A stretch of DNA of 64,000 nucleotides from the NCBI GenBank assembly GCA_964541675.1, contig CAZIPW010000008.1, positions 1,925 through 65,924 of the forward strand, given 5' to 3'. Below the pieces are notes generated by a model. The model was not told where the DNA came from, ran no database searches, and was given only the letters and a program-made list of their open reading frames with translations. Origin of the DNA: an uncultured Verrucomicrobiota bacterium (lineage in GTDB: Bacteria > Verrucomicrobiota > Verrucomicrobiia > CAZIPW01). Each line of letters starts with the position of its first letter. Position 1 is the first letter of the stretch. Both the position numbers and the translations under genes were made by a program. Of the stretch, positions 10,320 through 20,080 are shown one piece after another.

Positions 10320-10847
10320 CTAGGCACTGGCGTCCACGGAGATAATCTGGCCTTTGGCATTGTAGGTAATACCATTGACCGTGTAATCACCTGTCGTGGA
10401 GTCGGCGTTCGAAGAGCTGCTGTGACTTGTTGCCGTGGTGGAGCCACCAGAGTTTGCGCCGCTGCCGTCCGAATCGCCGTCACTGTCGCGTGGCGGAAGC
10501 GGCATCTGCTGCAATTGTGTGGTCAGCGCCGAGAGGGTGCTTTCGGCGCCCGTTGTGTCGCCGCCTGCCAGATCGCTTTCGATGGAGGAGAGTGCGGCGC
10601 CGATCGGGTCGGAGCTTGTGGAGCGATTGCCCGTGGAGCTGTCCGATGACGAGTTGTTGCTCTTGGGCGCGTGTGACTGGATTTCCTTGATGATGCTCTG
10701 GGCGGTGTTGATGTCACCAGCCTTGAGAGCCTCTTCCAGCTTCTGGAGCTCTTTTTGCAAAGAGTCCGCGGACGAGGCGTTGGAACCGCCTGTTGAGGCG
10801 GCCGTATAATAAGCTCCAGGTGAGCTTACAGAACTGATACTACTCAT
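10320..10847 (-). CDS. Ser/Thr-rich low-complexity hypothetical protein
   Basis: ORF with an internal ATG (MSSISSVSS...). Strongly Ser/Asp/Gly biased. Coding status uncertain. Confidence 0.35.
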   Translation of the reverse strand: MSSISSVSSPGAYYTAASTGGSNASSADSLQKELQKLEEALKAGDINTAQSIIKEIQSHAPKSNNSSSDSSTGNRSTSSDPIGAALSSIESDLAGGDTTGAESTLSALTTQLQQMPLPPRDSDGDSDGSGANSGGSTTATSHSSSSNADSTTGDYTVNGITYNAKGQIISVDASA

Positions 10848-10937
10848 ATTGATTGATAGTATCGGGGATCGGATACTGATTACAATTACGGTGCTCGGCA
10901 CGTAGATTTAATACAAACAATCGCCGCGATATGGAAG

Positions 10938-11846
10938 CTAGCGATCGCTTCTGCTGGCTACCATTATCTCGAAGGACTGTCCCATATTGGATGGATGGAT
11001 CAGCTCGGAAAGCTGTTTTCTTTCGATGGAGGAGAGTGTGGGGAAGATCCCTGAGGCGTGTTTGACAAAAAATGATTCCTGGCTTGTTGGAGTTGCGACG
11101 GAGAATCCTCTCTTTCGGAGTGCTCCGGCAATCAGATCCCACATGACGTGATGCGTGATGTCGTATTCCCCCGCCTTGAGGGAAAGAGCCTCGCCAAGTG
11201 AAAGCAATCGATGTTTGTGGTAGGCGCGTCCCGTTGGCCTGGGACGTTCCAAAAGCTGCGAGAGGGTTAGCCCATAATCAAATATGACAAACAGGCCGGT
11301 CCATTCCGGCAGGCGTTCAATAAGAAGCGGCGCTTCGGGTGAGATATCCACGGTGGCTCCATCGGGGAAGCGATCTCCCAGAAACTTCGCATCCTCCGCG
11401 GGTGCCTTTCCCATCTCCAAGTCCATGATTTTTTTGTCGGCGTCCAGTCCCAGTATGCGCCAAATGCCTTTCCTGCGCACGAAACGGTCGAAGGGGAGGG
11501 CGTCAAAGAGCTCGTTACAGAAGACAACTGCTGGGCTCTTCCAGTGGTTTTTACGCGTGAGCGCGTCCAGCGGAAAATTCAGGGAAGCGCCAAAGCCGGG
11601 GCAACCTTCCAAAAAGACGGGACTATCCGGTTCATTGCCGAGTTCCACGAGCGTTGGATTTTCAAGGTGATGGATCTCTTTTAGTGTCGTGAAAGCCGCC
11701 CCCAGGAGCTTCCCGAAAAGCGGGACGGAGGATGCTGTGTAAAAGTCTGTCCTGTGGGAGAATCCTATTCGCCGTTGGTTCTTGCGATAATATCCCGATT
11801 GTCCATACAGGGATTTCCGGATGAACTCCGAATAAGAGAGAAGCAT
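10938..11846 (-). CDS. MidA/NDUFAF7-like (COG1565) class I SAM-dependent methyltransferase
   Basis: 302 aa. Pattern ...FYTASSVPLFGKLLGAAF...VFCNELFDALPFDRF... resembles the DUF185/MidA family. Confidence 0.6.
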   Translation of the reverse strand: MLLSYSEFIRKSLYGQSGYYRKNQRRIGFSHRTDFYTASSVPLFGKLLGAAFTTLKEIHHLENPTLVELGNEPDSPVFLEGCPGFGASLNFPLDALTRKNHWKSPAVVFCNELFDALPFDRFVRRKGIWRILGLDADKKIMDLEMGKAPAEDAKFLGDRFPDGATVDISPEAPLLIERLPEWTGLFVIFDYGLTLSQLLERPRPTGRAYHKHRLLSLGEALSLKAGEYDITHHVMWDLIAGALRKRGFSVATPTSQESFFVKHASGIFPTLSSIERKQLSELIHPSNMGQSFEIMVASRSDR

Positions 11847-11957
11847 ACCGTGGTTTTATCATGGTGGGGCGGTATGCTTCAATCCAATGTTGCGCCGAAG
11901 CTCGTTCAGACTCGATTTAAGTCTTGCCCCCCGCCTGCGCTCTGGCAGAATGTCGGC

Positions 11958-12515
11958 ATGAGATCTTTGCTTGTGGTAGCTGTGCTATTGGGTTGGTCGC
12001 TGTCCGTGTTGGCGGCCGATTTTCGGGGTGCCAGCTGGGGCATGACCGTGGACCAAGTGAAGAAAACGGAAAAGATACACCTGGACAGCGAAGAGAATTC
12101 ACAGTTGGTCTATAGCACCGTCATATCCGGGCAGCCGACGCTTGTGACATATTATTTTTCAAATGGCTCTCTCTCATCCGCTTCTTATCGCTTTACAAAA
12201 GATCACCGTTTGACCGAGGAATACGTGGATGACTACAAGAGCCTGCAGTCCCAGCTGGAGAAAAAGTACGGCGCGCCTACTTCCAATAACAGGTATTGCG
12301 ATGACGCGTTTTACTCGGAATATCCAGAGCGGTGGGGCACGGCTGTTGTGGTTGGCAAAATGAGGTTTCTGAGCGTCTGGAATGGCACGCGCCTGACAGT
12401 TACCCACGGGATGCGGGCGCTGCCTGGTGGCACGGTGGAGCACGATGTGGAGTACAGCCCGACTATTGCCCCCAAAAACGCATTTGGCTCCCAGGAACTC
12501 TTGGGGGCGCTGTGA
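11958..12515 (+). CDS. Secreted hypothetical protein (signal peptide MRSLLVVAVLLGWSLSVLAA)
   Basis: An internal ATG gives a canonical signal peptide. The upstream part of the track ORF overlaps the divergent gene. Confidence 0.5.
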   Translation: MRSLLVVAVLLGWSLSVLAADFRGASWGMTVDQVKKTEKIHLDSEENSQLVYSTVISGQPTLVTYYFSNGSLSSASYRFTKDHRLTEEYVDDYKSLQSQLEKKYGAPTSNNRYCDDAFYSEYPERWGTAVVVGKMRFLSVWNGTRLTVTHGMRALPGGTVEHDVEYSPTIAPKNAFGSQELLGAL

Positions 12516-12522
12516 GGGCAAA

Positions 12523-12825
12523 ATGACATTATTCGTAGCCAAGATCGAAGAAAGACTCTCAGACAACACCGCGTTGGGCGTTGTGCTCGGGGTTTCTTAT
12601 GGTGTTGCATCCATCGTGCTGGGTTTGGTCTGGGGACCTCTATTGACTTTCTGTGTGGGTGTCGTTTCGTTTGCGGCTGTTCTGTTGTGCCTGACGACGG
12701 CCAACTGTTCGCATATGGCAAAATCATTTATTTGGGGAGCGGTACTGACGCTGGGCGTATTCCTGGTTTTGGTCGTGCAGACTCCCGGTTGGATCTATGG
12801 CGCGATCATACCAGTAAAAAATTGA
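12523..12825 (+). CDS. Small integral membrane protein (three predicted TM helices)
   Basis: MTLFVAKIEE... followed by long hydrophobic segments. It starts 8 bp after the preceding stop. Confidence 0.4.
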   Translation: MTLFVAKIEERLSDNTALGVVLGVSYGVASIVLGLVWGPLLTFCVGVVSFAAVLLCLTTANCSHMAKSFIWGAVLTLGVFLVLVVQTPGWIYGAIIPVKN

Positions 12826-12871
12826 ACGTGTACCTGAAGGACGTAATTCCCTACCAGCCTACACTTTCTTA

Positions 12872-14557
12872 TTGCGATCAGCGTTCAATCATCGTAACTT
12901 CCTCTGTATGAACAAATGGAGCGATGATCCCTCCTTTAGGAGGGTGTTTTACGTAATGATGCTGGCGGTTATCCTTATAGCTGTTGCCTGGGGGGCCGTT
13001 TCTCTAAGCAAGCCGATCACGGCTGAAAACGCGTCGCGTACTGCTCTGGCCACCGCTATTTCGGGCAATCTGCCAAGAGCCAGTTTTCTGGCCCAGCAGG
13101 CGGAACGCATGGCTCCCAATAGCCAGGAGGTCAATCGCAACTGCGCGAGGGTGTGGGATTTTATCATTCCCGGTCAGACGGTTGAGCTGTGGGAACGCGT
13201 CAATAGTTTCCCTTCAAGCTCGATTGATGATCGCCGGTCTCTTTTTCGGGCCTATCTGGCCGCCGGAGAGATACAGAAAGCCCGTGGCGCGCTTGTGGCC
13301 CTGACGAAAGAGTCTCCCGACGCGCCGGAGACAACCTATCTGACAATCAGATATCTGATGGCGATCTGTCATTATCCGGAAGCTGCGGCAAAGGCCCGCG
13401 CGCTGGTCCTCAAAACGCCTGGAGATCGGGTCGCCTGGGATCTGTATTTGGCCGCCTCGGTGTCCCAGGGCGAAGAGGCCAGGCAGCGGCTGATGCAGGA
13501 TTTGGAGATGCTCAAAGACGACAGAGGGCCGTTGGGTCTTTGGGGAATGCAGAAGCTCTGCGAGCTGTGTCCCGTCTCCGAATTGGAAAAAAGGGTTGTG
13601 TCGTTCGTCAGCCATCCATTTGCCACCAAGTCGACATTCCTTGAGGCCTGCGTGATCCGCCACCGTCGAGCCAACTGGTCCTACGAGGAAATCCGTCCCC
13701 GGGTGGAGGCTATCTTCAACAAGACCTTGGATACCGATGTGACGCAACTGGCGTCATTTTACTATTCCATTGGGGACTATACTGACGCATTGAATCTGCT
13801 GCCGCCTGACCAGGCCGTTCGTAACAGGGTCTGTTTGAATGTCTATATGCAGTCCCTTTTGGCAGCCAAACATTATGATACCATGCTGGATATTCTGAAT
13901 GTTCCCCAGTTGCCTCTGAATGACTGCCAGCGGGAACTGTTGCGTTTCCGCGCCTATAAGGGTTTGGGAAAGGCTGTAGAGGCGGGATCCTCCTGGCAGA
14001 AAATTTTGGCCTACGCGGACAAAGGAGAGAACAGCAATGATATCCTCTTCACCCTGAGTCAGGAGCCGGATGACTATGATAGGTTCTGTGCCGTGATGTC
14101 GCACGTGCTCAAGGGTTCCCCCAAGATGATGCATCCGCTGTATTACCGACTATGGCTGCGCGAGGCTTACAAGACGAGAGATGCCGGTCGGATATCCGAG
14201 GTGTTGCAGCCAATGGCCGAGCTATTGCAGGAGAATGAGCTTATTCGACAGAAGGCGGTTTATTATTCCATTCTGGCCAACAAGCCCGGTGATTGGGTGA
14301 AAAACTCTTACGACTTGGCGAAGGAGTCCCCAGGCAACATTGCCAATCGCGTGACGCTTGCGCTGGCGCTCTTTAAGAAAGGCGATACCGTGCGCGCCTT
14401 TGAGATTGTAAGGGCGACCCCCGTTGCGGATTGGTCGGTAGAAGATGTTGGCTGGCAGTGCGTGAGGGCCGCCATATTCAAGGCCAATGGCAAGACCCCG
14501 CCGACGATCGCGAATATCGACAAGGCACTTAAAGCGGAGCGGGGATTGGTGGAGTAG
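12872..14557 (+). CDS. Hypothetical helical-repeat (TPR-like) protein with N-terminal TM anchor
   Basis: 561-aa ORF. An N-terminal hydrophobic helix (VFYVMMLAVILIAVAWGAV) is followed by Ala/Leu-rich helical repeats. Confidence 0.5.
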   Translation: MRSAFNHRNFLCMNKWSDDPSFRRVFYVMMLAVILIAVAWGAVSLSKPITAENASRTALATAISGNLPRASFLAQQAERMAPNSQEVNRNCARVWDFIIPGQTVELWERVNSFPSSSIDDRRSLFRAYLAAGEIQKARGALVALTKESPDAPETTYLTIRYLMAICHYPEAAAKARALVLKTPGDRVAWDLYLAASVSQGEEARQRLMQDLEMLKDDRGPLGLWGMQKLCELCPVSELEKRVVSFVSHPFATKSTFLEACVIRHRRANWSYEEIRPRVEAIFNKTLDTDVTQLASFYYSIGDYTDALNLLPPDQAVRNRVCLNVYMQSLLAAKHYDTMLDILNVPQLPLNDCQRELLRFRAYKGLGKAVEAGSSWQKILAYADKGENSNDILFTLSQEPDDYDRFCAVMSHVLKGSPKMMHPLYYRLWLREAYKTRDAGRISEVLQPMAELLQENELIRQKAVYYSILANKPGDWVKNSYDLAKESPGNIANRVTLALALFKKGDTVRAFEIVRATPVADWSVEDVGWQCVRAAIFKANGKTPPTIANIDKALKAERGLVE

Positions 14558-15143
14558 CGGGGCTTCCGGCAACTTTCCGCCGCGAGTTCATCATTTTCTG
14601 CAGGTGACCCAAAGCTCTGCCGATGGGAGTTGGGACGTGCGGTTTGTTCAGGCTCTCTTTTAGGCTGCCTATGGCTCCTTCTATATTTTTCTTGAATTTC
14701 CCGAGTTTGGGCCGTCCGGCAAGCTCTTCCAACCGTGGCAGATCAGAGGCTGGAAGCGCCGCCGCGAGTCTGTCCAGCGTATCGGTGAATATGCGCAGTC
14801 GTTGCTCGGTTGGGACCTTGCCAGGTACTTCATTCAGTGCGTCATCAGTCAGAATAAGGCAAGCCACAAGAGCTGCGCGGGCGCGTGTCTGCAGTTGCTC
14901 GCGATCAGTATCGCGGTCTCCGGTAAGAGCCAAACTACGATTATATACATTCTCGGCCAGTACCACGGCGGCCTCCTTGTTCAAGTCATTGACTAACCCC
15001 CGATCATAGATTTCTTCCAACAGGCAGATGGCCTCGGTTCGTTCTCTCAGAGAGGGTTCCCCGCATGAGATGGTCTTTCCGCTGAAGTAGGTTCCCATTT
15101 CGTTCAGAGTCTTCAGAAACTGATCAGAACGTGTTTTGCTCAT
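14529..15143 (-). CDS. Hypothetical protein (204 aa)
   Basis: ORF convergent with the previous gene, overlapping it by 29 bp. No motif recognised. Confidence 0.4.
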   Translation of the reverse strand: MSKTRSDQFLKTLNEMGTYFSGKTISCGEPSLRERTEAICLLEEIYDRGLVNDLNKEAAVVLAENVYNRSLALTGDRDTDREQLQTRARAALVACLILTDDALNEVPGKVPTEQRLRIFTDTLDRLAAALPASDLPRLEELAGRPKLGKFKKNIEGAIGSLKESLNKPHVPTPIGRALGHLQKMMNSRRKVAGSPATPPIPAPL

Positions 15144-15260
15144 ATGCTACAATCATATACATTTATTCCCCTTTTGTCAACCTCTTCCATAAAACCACCC
15201 ACCCTGCAAAAGGGTGTTGACGCCCACGCATTTCCTTTGTCATAATGGGCTTTCTCTCGT

Positions 15261-15336
15261 GCCCTTGTAGCTCAGTCGGCAGAGCGCGTCCTTGGTAAGG
15301 ACGAGGTCGGCGGTTCAAGTCCGCTCGGGGGCTCCA
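15261..15336 (+). tRNA. tRNA-Thr (anticodon GGT)
   Basis: GCCCTTGTAGCTCAGTCGGCAGAGCGCGTCCTTGGTAAGGACGAGGTCGGCGGTTCAAGTCCGCTCGGGGGCTCCA. The cloverleaf folds, the anticodon loop is CTTGGTAAG, and CCA is encoded. Confidence 0.9.
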
Positions 15337-15378
15337 TTCAAAACAACTCAGAAAAAACAAACAATAAATTTCAAAACT

Positions 15379-16569
15379 ATGGCAAAAGAAAAGTTCGTTC
15401 GTACAAAACCCCATGTCAACGTCGGCACCATCGGCCACGTCGATCACGGGAAATCCACGCTGACAGCGGCCATCGTCAAGGTCCAGGCGGACAAAAAACT
15501 CGCCACGGCCAAGAGCTATGCCGATATCACCAAAGGAGGCACGGTTCGCGATGCGACCAAGACCGTCACCATTGCCGTCTCGCACGTCGAGTACGAGTCC
15601 GACAAGCGCCACTATGCGCACGTCGACTGTCCGGGACACGCCGACTTTGTCAAAAACATGATTACGGGAGCCGCCCAGATGGACGGTGCCATCCTTGTGG
15701 TCAGTGCCGCCGATGGCCCGATGCCACAGACCAGAGAGCATATTCTTCTGGCCCGCCAGGTCGGAGTCCCCGCCATCGTGGTTTTCCTCAACAAGGTTGA
15801 CCTGCTTGACGACAAGGAGCTGCTCTCCCTCGTCGAAATGGAAATCCGTGATTTGTTGAAAAAGTACGAATATCCAGGCGACAAGATCAAGATCATCCAC
15901 GGCTCGGCTCTGGCCGCCATGGAAGGCAAGCCCGAAGGTGTCAAGGCTATCGGAGAGCTGATGGACGCGTTGGACAACGAGATTCCGGAGCCAAAGCGCA
16001 TTCTGGACCAGCCCTTCCTGATGTCCGTTGAGGATGTCTTCTCGATCACCGGACGCGGCACCGTTGCCACCGGAAGAGTCGAGCGCGGCGTGGTCAAGCT
16101 CAATGAGACCGTTGAGATCGTCGGACTGGGTGATACCCGCTCCACTGTCGTCACGGGCATTGAAATGTTCCGCAAGGAGCTTGATCAGGCTCAGGCCGGA
16201 GACAACGCGGGCATCCTGTTGCGCGGTATTGAGAAGGATCAGATTGAGCGCGGACACGTGCTGGCCAAGCCCGGTACGATCCATCCCCACACCAAGGCGA
16301 AGGCCCAGGTGTACGTCCTTACCAAGGACGAAGGTGGCCGTCATACCCCGTTCTTCAACGGTTATCGTCCCCAGTTCTATTTCAGAACGACAGACGTTAC
16401 TGGTATTGTCAATCTGCCGAAGGGCGTTGAGATGGTCATGCCGGGCGACAACTTGGCCGTGGAAATCGAGCTGGGCAAGCCGATCGCCATGGAAAAGGGC
16501 CAGCGTTTCGCCATCCGCGAAGGCGGACGGACGATTGGTGCCGGTCAGGTGACCGAGATCATCGCGTAG
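15379..16569 (+). CDS. tuf: Elongation factor Tu
   Basis: [32 protein letters not shown]...DCPGHADF...NKVDL. Full-length EF-Tu. The track start at 15292 runs through the tRNA-Thr. Confidence 0.97.
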   Translation: MAKEKFVRTKPHVNVGTIGHVDHGKSTLTAAIVKVQADKKLATAKSYADITKGGTVRDATKTVTIAVSHVEYESDKRHYAHVDCPGHADFVKNMITGAAQMDGAILVVSAADGPMPQTREHILLARQVGVPAIVVFLNKVDLLDDKELLSLVEMEIRDLLKKYEYPGDKIKIIHGSALAAMEGKPEGVKAIGELMDALDNEIPEPKRILDQPFLMSVEDVFSITGRGTVATGRVERGVVKLNETVEIVGLGDTRSTVVTGIEMFRKELDQAQAGDNAGILLRGIEKDQIERGHVLAKPGTIHPHTKAKAQVYVLTKDEGGRHTPFFNGYRPQFYFRTTDVTGIVNLPKGVEMVMPGDNLAVEIELGKPIAMEKGQRFAIREGGRTIGAGQVTEIIA

Positions 16570-16587
16570 TTCAAACTACTTTCAAAA

Positions 16588-16619
16588 CCCCCTTGGAGAA
16601 ATCCGAGGGGTTTTTGTTT
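16588..16619 (+). terminator. Rho-independent terminator after tuf
   Basis: CCCCTTGGA-gaaa-TCCGAGGGG followed by TTTTTGTTT. Confidence 0.8.
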
Positions 16620-16632
16620 ATAAAGGATATTA

Positions 16633-17148
16633 TTGCCTATCATTTTGTACCAAGCTATTATGCAAACATATTGTTCACACATGGAAAGGCTCTCAAAACA
16701 GATAGGGAATGGTAATGTCGGCCGAATATGGAAACCTTTTTGGGTATTGGCGCACGATCATTTTATAAGGATCCAAAATCAGGCCCATTGGTCCAACTAC
16801 AAGATCCAGTTTGCCGGTTGGCAGCGCAATTCGGGCAGAGGGTTTTCTTCGGAGCCTTTGGGCGAGGCAAGGCTGGTCGGTTTCATCCGCAAAGACGAGG
16901 GCGGAAACTTTACAAGGCTGCGGCTGACGGCGCCGGGCACGCCTATTGCCAAAGAGGATAATGGCAATGCCGCTGTCTTTGTCCTGGACTTTGAGGATTG
17001 GCGGGCCAAACTGCCCAAAGATATTGGCCTGATCGGTGACGAGGATCCGCCCATTGGAAGTCTTGAGACTCTAACTGATTATATGCGCAGACAGCGCGTG
17101 GAGTTTGGCCCCCATGCCGCGGTCAGATCATTTGTACTTGAGGGCTGA
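16633..17148 (+). CDS. Hypothetical protein (171 aa)
   Basis: ORF only. It occupies the position where tRNA-Trp/secE/nusG usually follow tuf. Confidence 0.3.
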   Translation: MPIILYQAIMQTYCSHMERLSKQIGNGNVGRIWKPFWVLAHDHFIRIQNQAHWSNYKIQFAGWQRNSGRGFSSEPLGEARLVGFIRKDEGGNFTRLRLTAPGTPIAKEDNGNAAVFVLDFEDWRAKLPKDIGLIGDEDPPIGSLETLTDYMRRQRVEFGPHAAVRSFVLEG

Positions 17149-17194
17149 GGGTTTCACCCAAGATTTGTGAAGGCATAATGGCTAAACTCAAACT

Positions 17195-17265
17195 CAGGGC
17201 GTGAGGGAATCGAACCCCCATGGACGGTTTTGGAGACCGCTACACTACCATTGTGCTAACGCCCT
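17195..17265 (-). tRNA. tRNA-Trp (anticodon CCA)
   Basis: The reverse complement is AGGGCGTTAGCACAATGGTAGTGTAGCGGTCTCCAAAACCGTCCATGGGGGTTCGATTCCCTCACGCCCTG. It has A1-U72, a TTCGATT T-loop, and no encoded CCA. Confidence 0.85.
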
Positions 17266-17337
17266 AGTAGGAGTTAAGGATACCCTTTTCATGGCGGCTC
17301 TGGCAAGTTCCAAAACGGGCGTATGTCTGAGGATAAT

Positions 17338-17392
17338 AGAAAAGGGGGCGAGAAGACGTCACCCCCATGGGTCCCGACTTGTCGGGACTACA
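17338..17392 (-). pseudogene. Degenerate tRNA-Trp-like 5'-half fragment
   Basis: The reverse complement is AGGCCTTAGCACAATGGTAGTGTAGTCCCGACAAGTCGGGACCCATGGGGGTGACGTC... The acceptor-5'/D-arm is about 90% identical to the intact tRNA-Trp 72 bp away. There is no T-loop or acceptor closure. Confidence 0.45.
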
Positions 17393-17481
17393 CTACCATT
17401 GTGCTAAGGCCTGGCTTTCCGTCCCGGATGGGACGGTTCGATGGTTAGCCCGGGTGTTTCAACCCCGGGGCTTTGTTGCCC

Positions 17482-18018
17482 CTATGCCTTTGTCTGCGAG
17501 AGCTCTTTGATTCGGTCACGGCAAACTGCCGCCCGTTCGTAGGCTTCCTTTTTGATGGCGCGTTCCATGACCATCTCCAGCACTCTGATGCGCCTTCTGA
17601 CGTTCGCGACGGGTGCCATCCGGACGGGAGTCTTGCCAATGTGGACGATGCCTGGCTGCACGTTCGACGTGGCCAGCTTGAACTGTTCCTCGAAAGTCTT
17701 GTAGCACTTCGCGCAGCCGGCCCTGCCTTTGACTCGAAGGAGCCCTTCCGTCATGCCGCACGCGCACGAGGTCTCCCCGCAGTGGTGCAATGGAGTCTCG
17801 CCCGGGATCAGCTCCCACTTGCGGGGATGCAGAAGACCTTCCTTGATGGCATGGGGCAGGCAGAACGCCTTGCTTGTCACTTTGCCATGTGCGTTGACGC
17901 AGCTCACAAAGAGATCAGCCTTTTGGGAACAGTGCTGGCAGCAGATAATGGGATTGGGAACCGGAGCAGCTTTTGTCTGCGGCTGATATTTCTGGCCGTC
18001 GATTTTGTTTTCCTTCAT
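17482..18018 (-). CDS. McsA-like protein: Cys-rich zinc-finger N-terminus plus C-terminal UVR (UvrB/UvrC) domain
   Basis: Several CxxC pairs (CCQHCSQ, CAKCYKTFEEQF). C-terminal VLEMVMERAIKKEAYERAAVCRDRIKEL is a UVR motif. The track start is TTG. Trimmed to the ATG at 18018. Confidence 0.55.
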   Translation of the reverse strand: MKENKIDGQKYQPQTKAAPVPNPIICCQHCSQKADLFVSCVNAHGKVTSKAFCLPHAIKEGLLHPRKWELIPGETPLHHCGETSCACGMTEGLLRVKGRAGCAKCYKTFEEQFKLATSNVQPGIVHIGKTPVRMAPVANVRRRIRVLEMVMERAIKKEAYERAAVCRDRIKELSQTKA

Positions 18019-18112
18019 CCTGTGGAAATACTTCGCATAAGTGGGATGCTGAAGCAACAAAATTTTTATTTTTTAAACAAATTTATTGTTTGCATTGGAG
18101 ACTGTAGGGCGT

Positions 18113-20080
18113 CTACCGCGTGCCAAACCTCTTTTGGAGTTCTTCCGCGCTTATGTGCCAGAAGGTGGGCTCTCCCGACGGAGACTTGAGCGGATTCCTG
18201 GATTTAAGCAGATCGTCGATCAGTTTCATGGCAGCCTCAGCGCGGCTGAGGGTACCGTGGGCCTCTCTGGCGGCGGCACGGCACGCGTTCCGGTGCCGCA
18301 GCGTCGCGTCCGCGGAGGATTCTTCCGCGTGAAGAGCCATCAGCTCCGAGAGGAAGAGCGACTCAGGGGTGCCCTGAAAACCGTTTTGGGGAGTCAGCCA
18401 GTCTGGAATGGCCTCCAGGCGGTAACAGCCGGTACCGAAGGCAGAGACAACGAAACCTTGTTTGCTGAAGAGCTCCTGATTTTTCCCAAGGGTCTCCCGC
18501 AGGTGCGGTTCGAGCCTCACAAGGCTGGGAACAAGGAGCGTTTGCGAATGGGCTTGCCCGAAAGACGATTCGACAAGATCGTAGGCTATGCGCTCTCTGG
18601 CGTTGGCGATATTGAGGACGGCGAGTCCTTCTGGAGTGGCGAAAAGGACGTAGTCGGAGCGCAGAAAAGAGAGGAAATTCCAACCATGACGGTTTGAAGG
18701 GTTCTCCGCCACCGTGTGCATGAGTGTCTGGGAGGGCGCAAGGGGAGCTGTAATCCCGTACCGTGGCGTCGATTCAGGGGGAATGCCTGCAGTGGCTGGC
18801 ACCACCGCGGAATCGGTGGCCAGCGTTGGCAGGCCGTTGGTGGTCTTGGGCACGGCGGCTGTGAAAGGAAAGGGCGTCGGTCCGAAGGGATCCTGCAGCG
18901 TGAAGGGGCGGGGAGTGCCTGCGAGGAGGGCCTGACTTAGCGCCTTGAAAAGAAGCTGATAGATGTCTCCCTCGGAGCGGAAGCGTACCTCTTTTTTGGC
19001 GGGATGGACGTTGACGTCGACGGAGTCGGGGGGAATCTCCAGGAAGATCCAGAGCGCCGGGTAATGCCCGCGTCCAAGGGCTCCCCCATAAACGTCCCTG
19101 ACCGCCCGGTGGAAAATCTTGCTTTCGACGCACCGACGGTTGACAAAGAAAAAGATCTTGTCGCGTGTGGAGAACATTTTTCCGATGGGAGAGGCATAGC
19201 CGTAGACCCGGACACGTGAGTCGGGATCGTCCGCCATCGGTTGAAACCGGTGGCTAACGTGTGGCTGTCCCTGCGGGACGAAAGAGGCTGCCGCAGTAAT
19301 GGGAGGCACTGGAACTCCAGATTTTCCCCCATCCGGGGGTATGGGGGCCGCAGGCCCCCGTGTTATTCCCCGCCCTGAGGGCGGGGGCAGGGGGTGGGAG
19401 TTATAATTGACCTCCTTCAAATCATCGGATAGCTCGTCTCCAAAAATCCGGGTAATTCTTTCAAACGGGGACTGATCGGCGGGCGTATCCAGTATAACGC
19501 GTTTGTCATCCATCAGGCGGAAGGCGACGGAAGTGTGGGAGAGCGCCAGCGTTTTGACCGCCTCCACGCAGTTCTTGAGTTCTGTGGCATCTCCCTTGAG
19601 AAACTTTCTTCTGGCCGGAACATTGTAAAAGAGATGCTCGACGGTGATGGTCGTGCCGGGCTCTCCTGCGCAGGACTCCTCCAACGTACAGGCCCCTCCT
19701 TCTATTTTGATCTGGTGTGAGATCTCTGATTGCGGCGCGCGGGTTCTGAGCGTCATGTAGCTGATGGAGGCAATCGACGGGAGAGCCTCGCCCCGGAAGC
19801 CCATGGAGGACACCTTCAGCAGATCATCAAAGGAACTGATTTTTGAGGTGGCGTGGCGCTCAAGGCTCATCCGGGCGTCTTCGGGGCTCATGCCGCAGCC
19901 GTTGTCGGTGATGGTGATGAGTTCCCGTCCGGCCTTGACAATCCTTATTTCTATCCGGGTGGCCCCTGCGTCCAGACTGTTTTCCACAAGCTCTTTGATG
20001 ACCGAGGCAGGACGTTCGACTACTTCTCCAGCGGCAATCTGGTTGATGAGATTTTGTGGAAGAAGGTGGACTTTTGGCAT
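18113..20080 (-). CDS. mutL: DNA mismatch repair protein MutL
   Basis: MPKVHLLPQNLINQIAAGEVVERPASVIKELVENSLDAGATRIEI... GHKL ATPase N-terminus, a Pro-rich linker and a C-terminal dimerisation domain. Confidence 0.9.
   Translation of the reverse strand: MPKVHLLPQNLINQIAAGEVVERPASVIKELVENSLDAGATRIEIRIVKAGRELITITDNGCGMSPEDARMSLERHATSKISSFDDLLKVSSMGFRGEALPSIASISYMTLRTRAPQSEISHQIKIEGGACTLEESCAGEPGTTITVEHLFYNVPARRKFLKGDATELKNCVEAVKTLALSHTSVAFRLMDDKRVILDTPADQSPFERITRIFGDELSDDLKEVNYNSHPLPPPSGRGITRGPAAPIPPDGGKSGVPVPPITAAASFVPQGQPHVSHRFQPMADDPDSRVRVYGYASPIGKMFSTRDKIFFFVNRRCVESKIFHRAVRDVYGGALGRGHYPALWIFLEIPPDSVDVNVHPAKKEVRFRSEGDIYQLLFKALSQALLAGTPRPFTLQDPFGPTPFPFTAAVPKTTNGLPTLATDSAVVPATAGIPPESTPRYGITAPLAPSQTLMHTVAENPSNRHGWNFLSFLRSDYVLFATPEGLAVLNIANARERIAYDLVESSFGQAHSQTLLVPSLVRLEPHLRETLGKNQELFSKQGFVVSAFGTGCYRLEAIPDWLTPQNGFQGTPESLFLSELMALHAEESSADATLRHRNACRAAAREAHGTLSRAEAAMKLIDDLLKSRNPLKSPSGEPTFWHISAEELQKRFGTR

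Noticed and set aside
15292-15378. N-terminal extension of tuf ORF
   Set aside because: The extension overlaps tRNA-Thr and begins at a non-ATG codon. The canonical EF-Tu start MAKEKF is at 15379.
15163-16344. 393-aa antisense ORF opposite tuf (and similar long antisense ORFs opposite mutL, the histidine kinases, dapL, etc.)
   Set aside because: These are high-GC antisense frames inside strongly supported conserved genes. Their composition is repetitive (G/D/L/V-rich) with no motifs.
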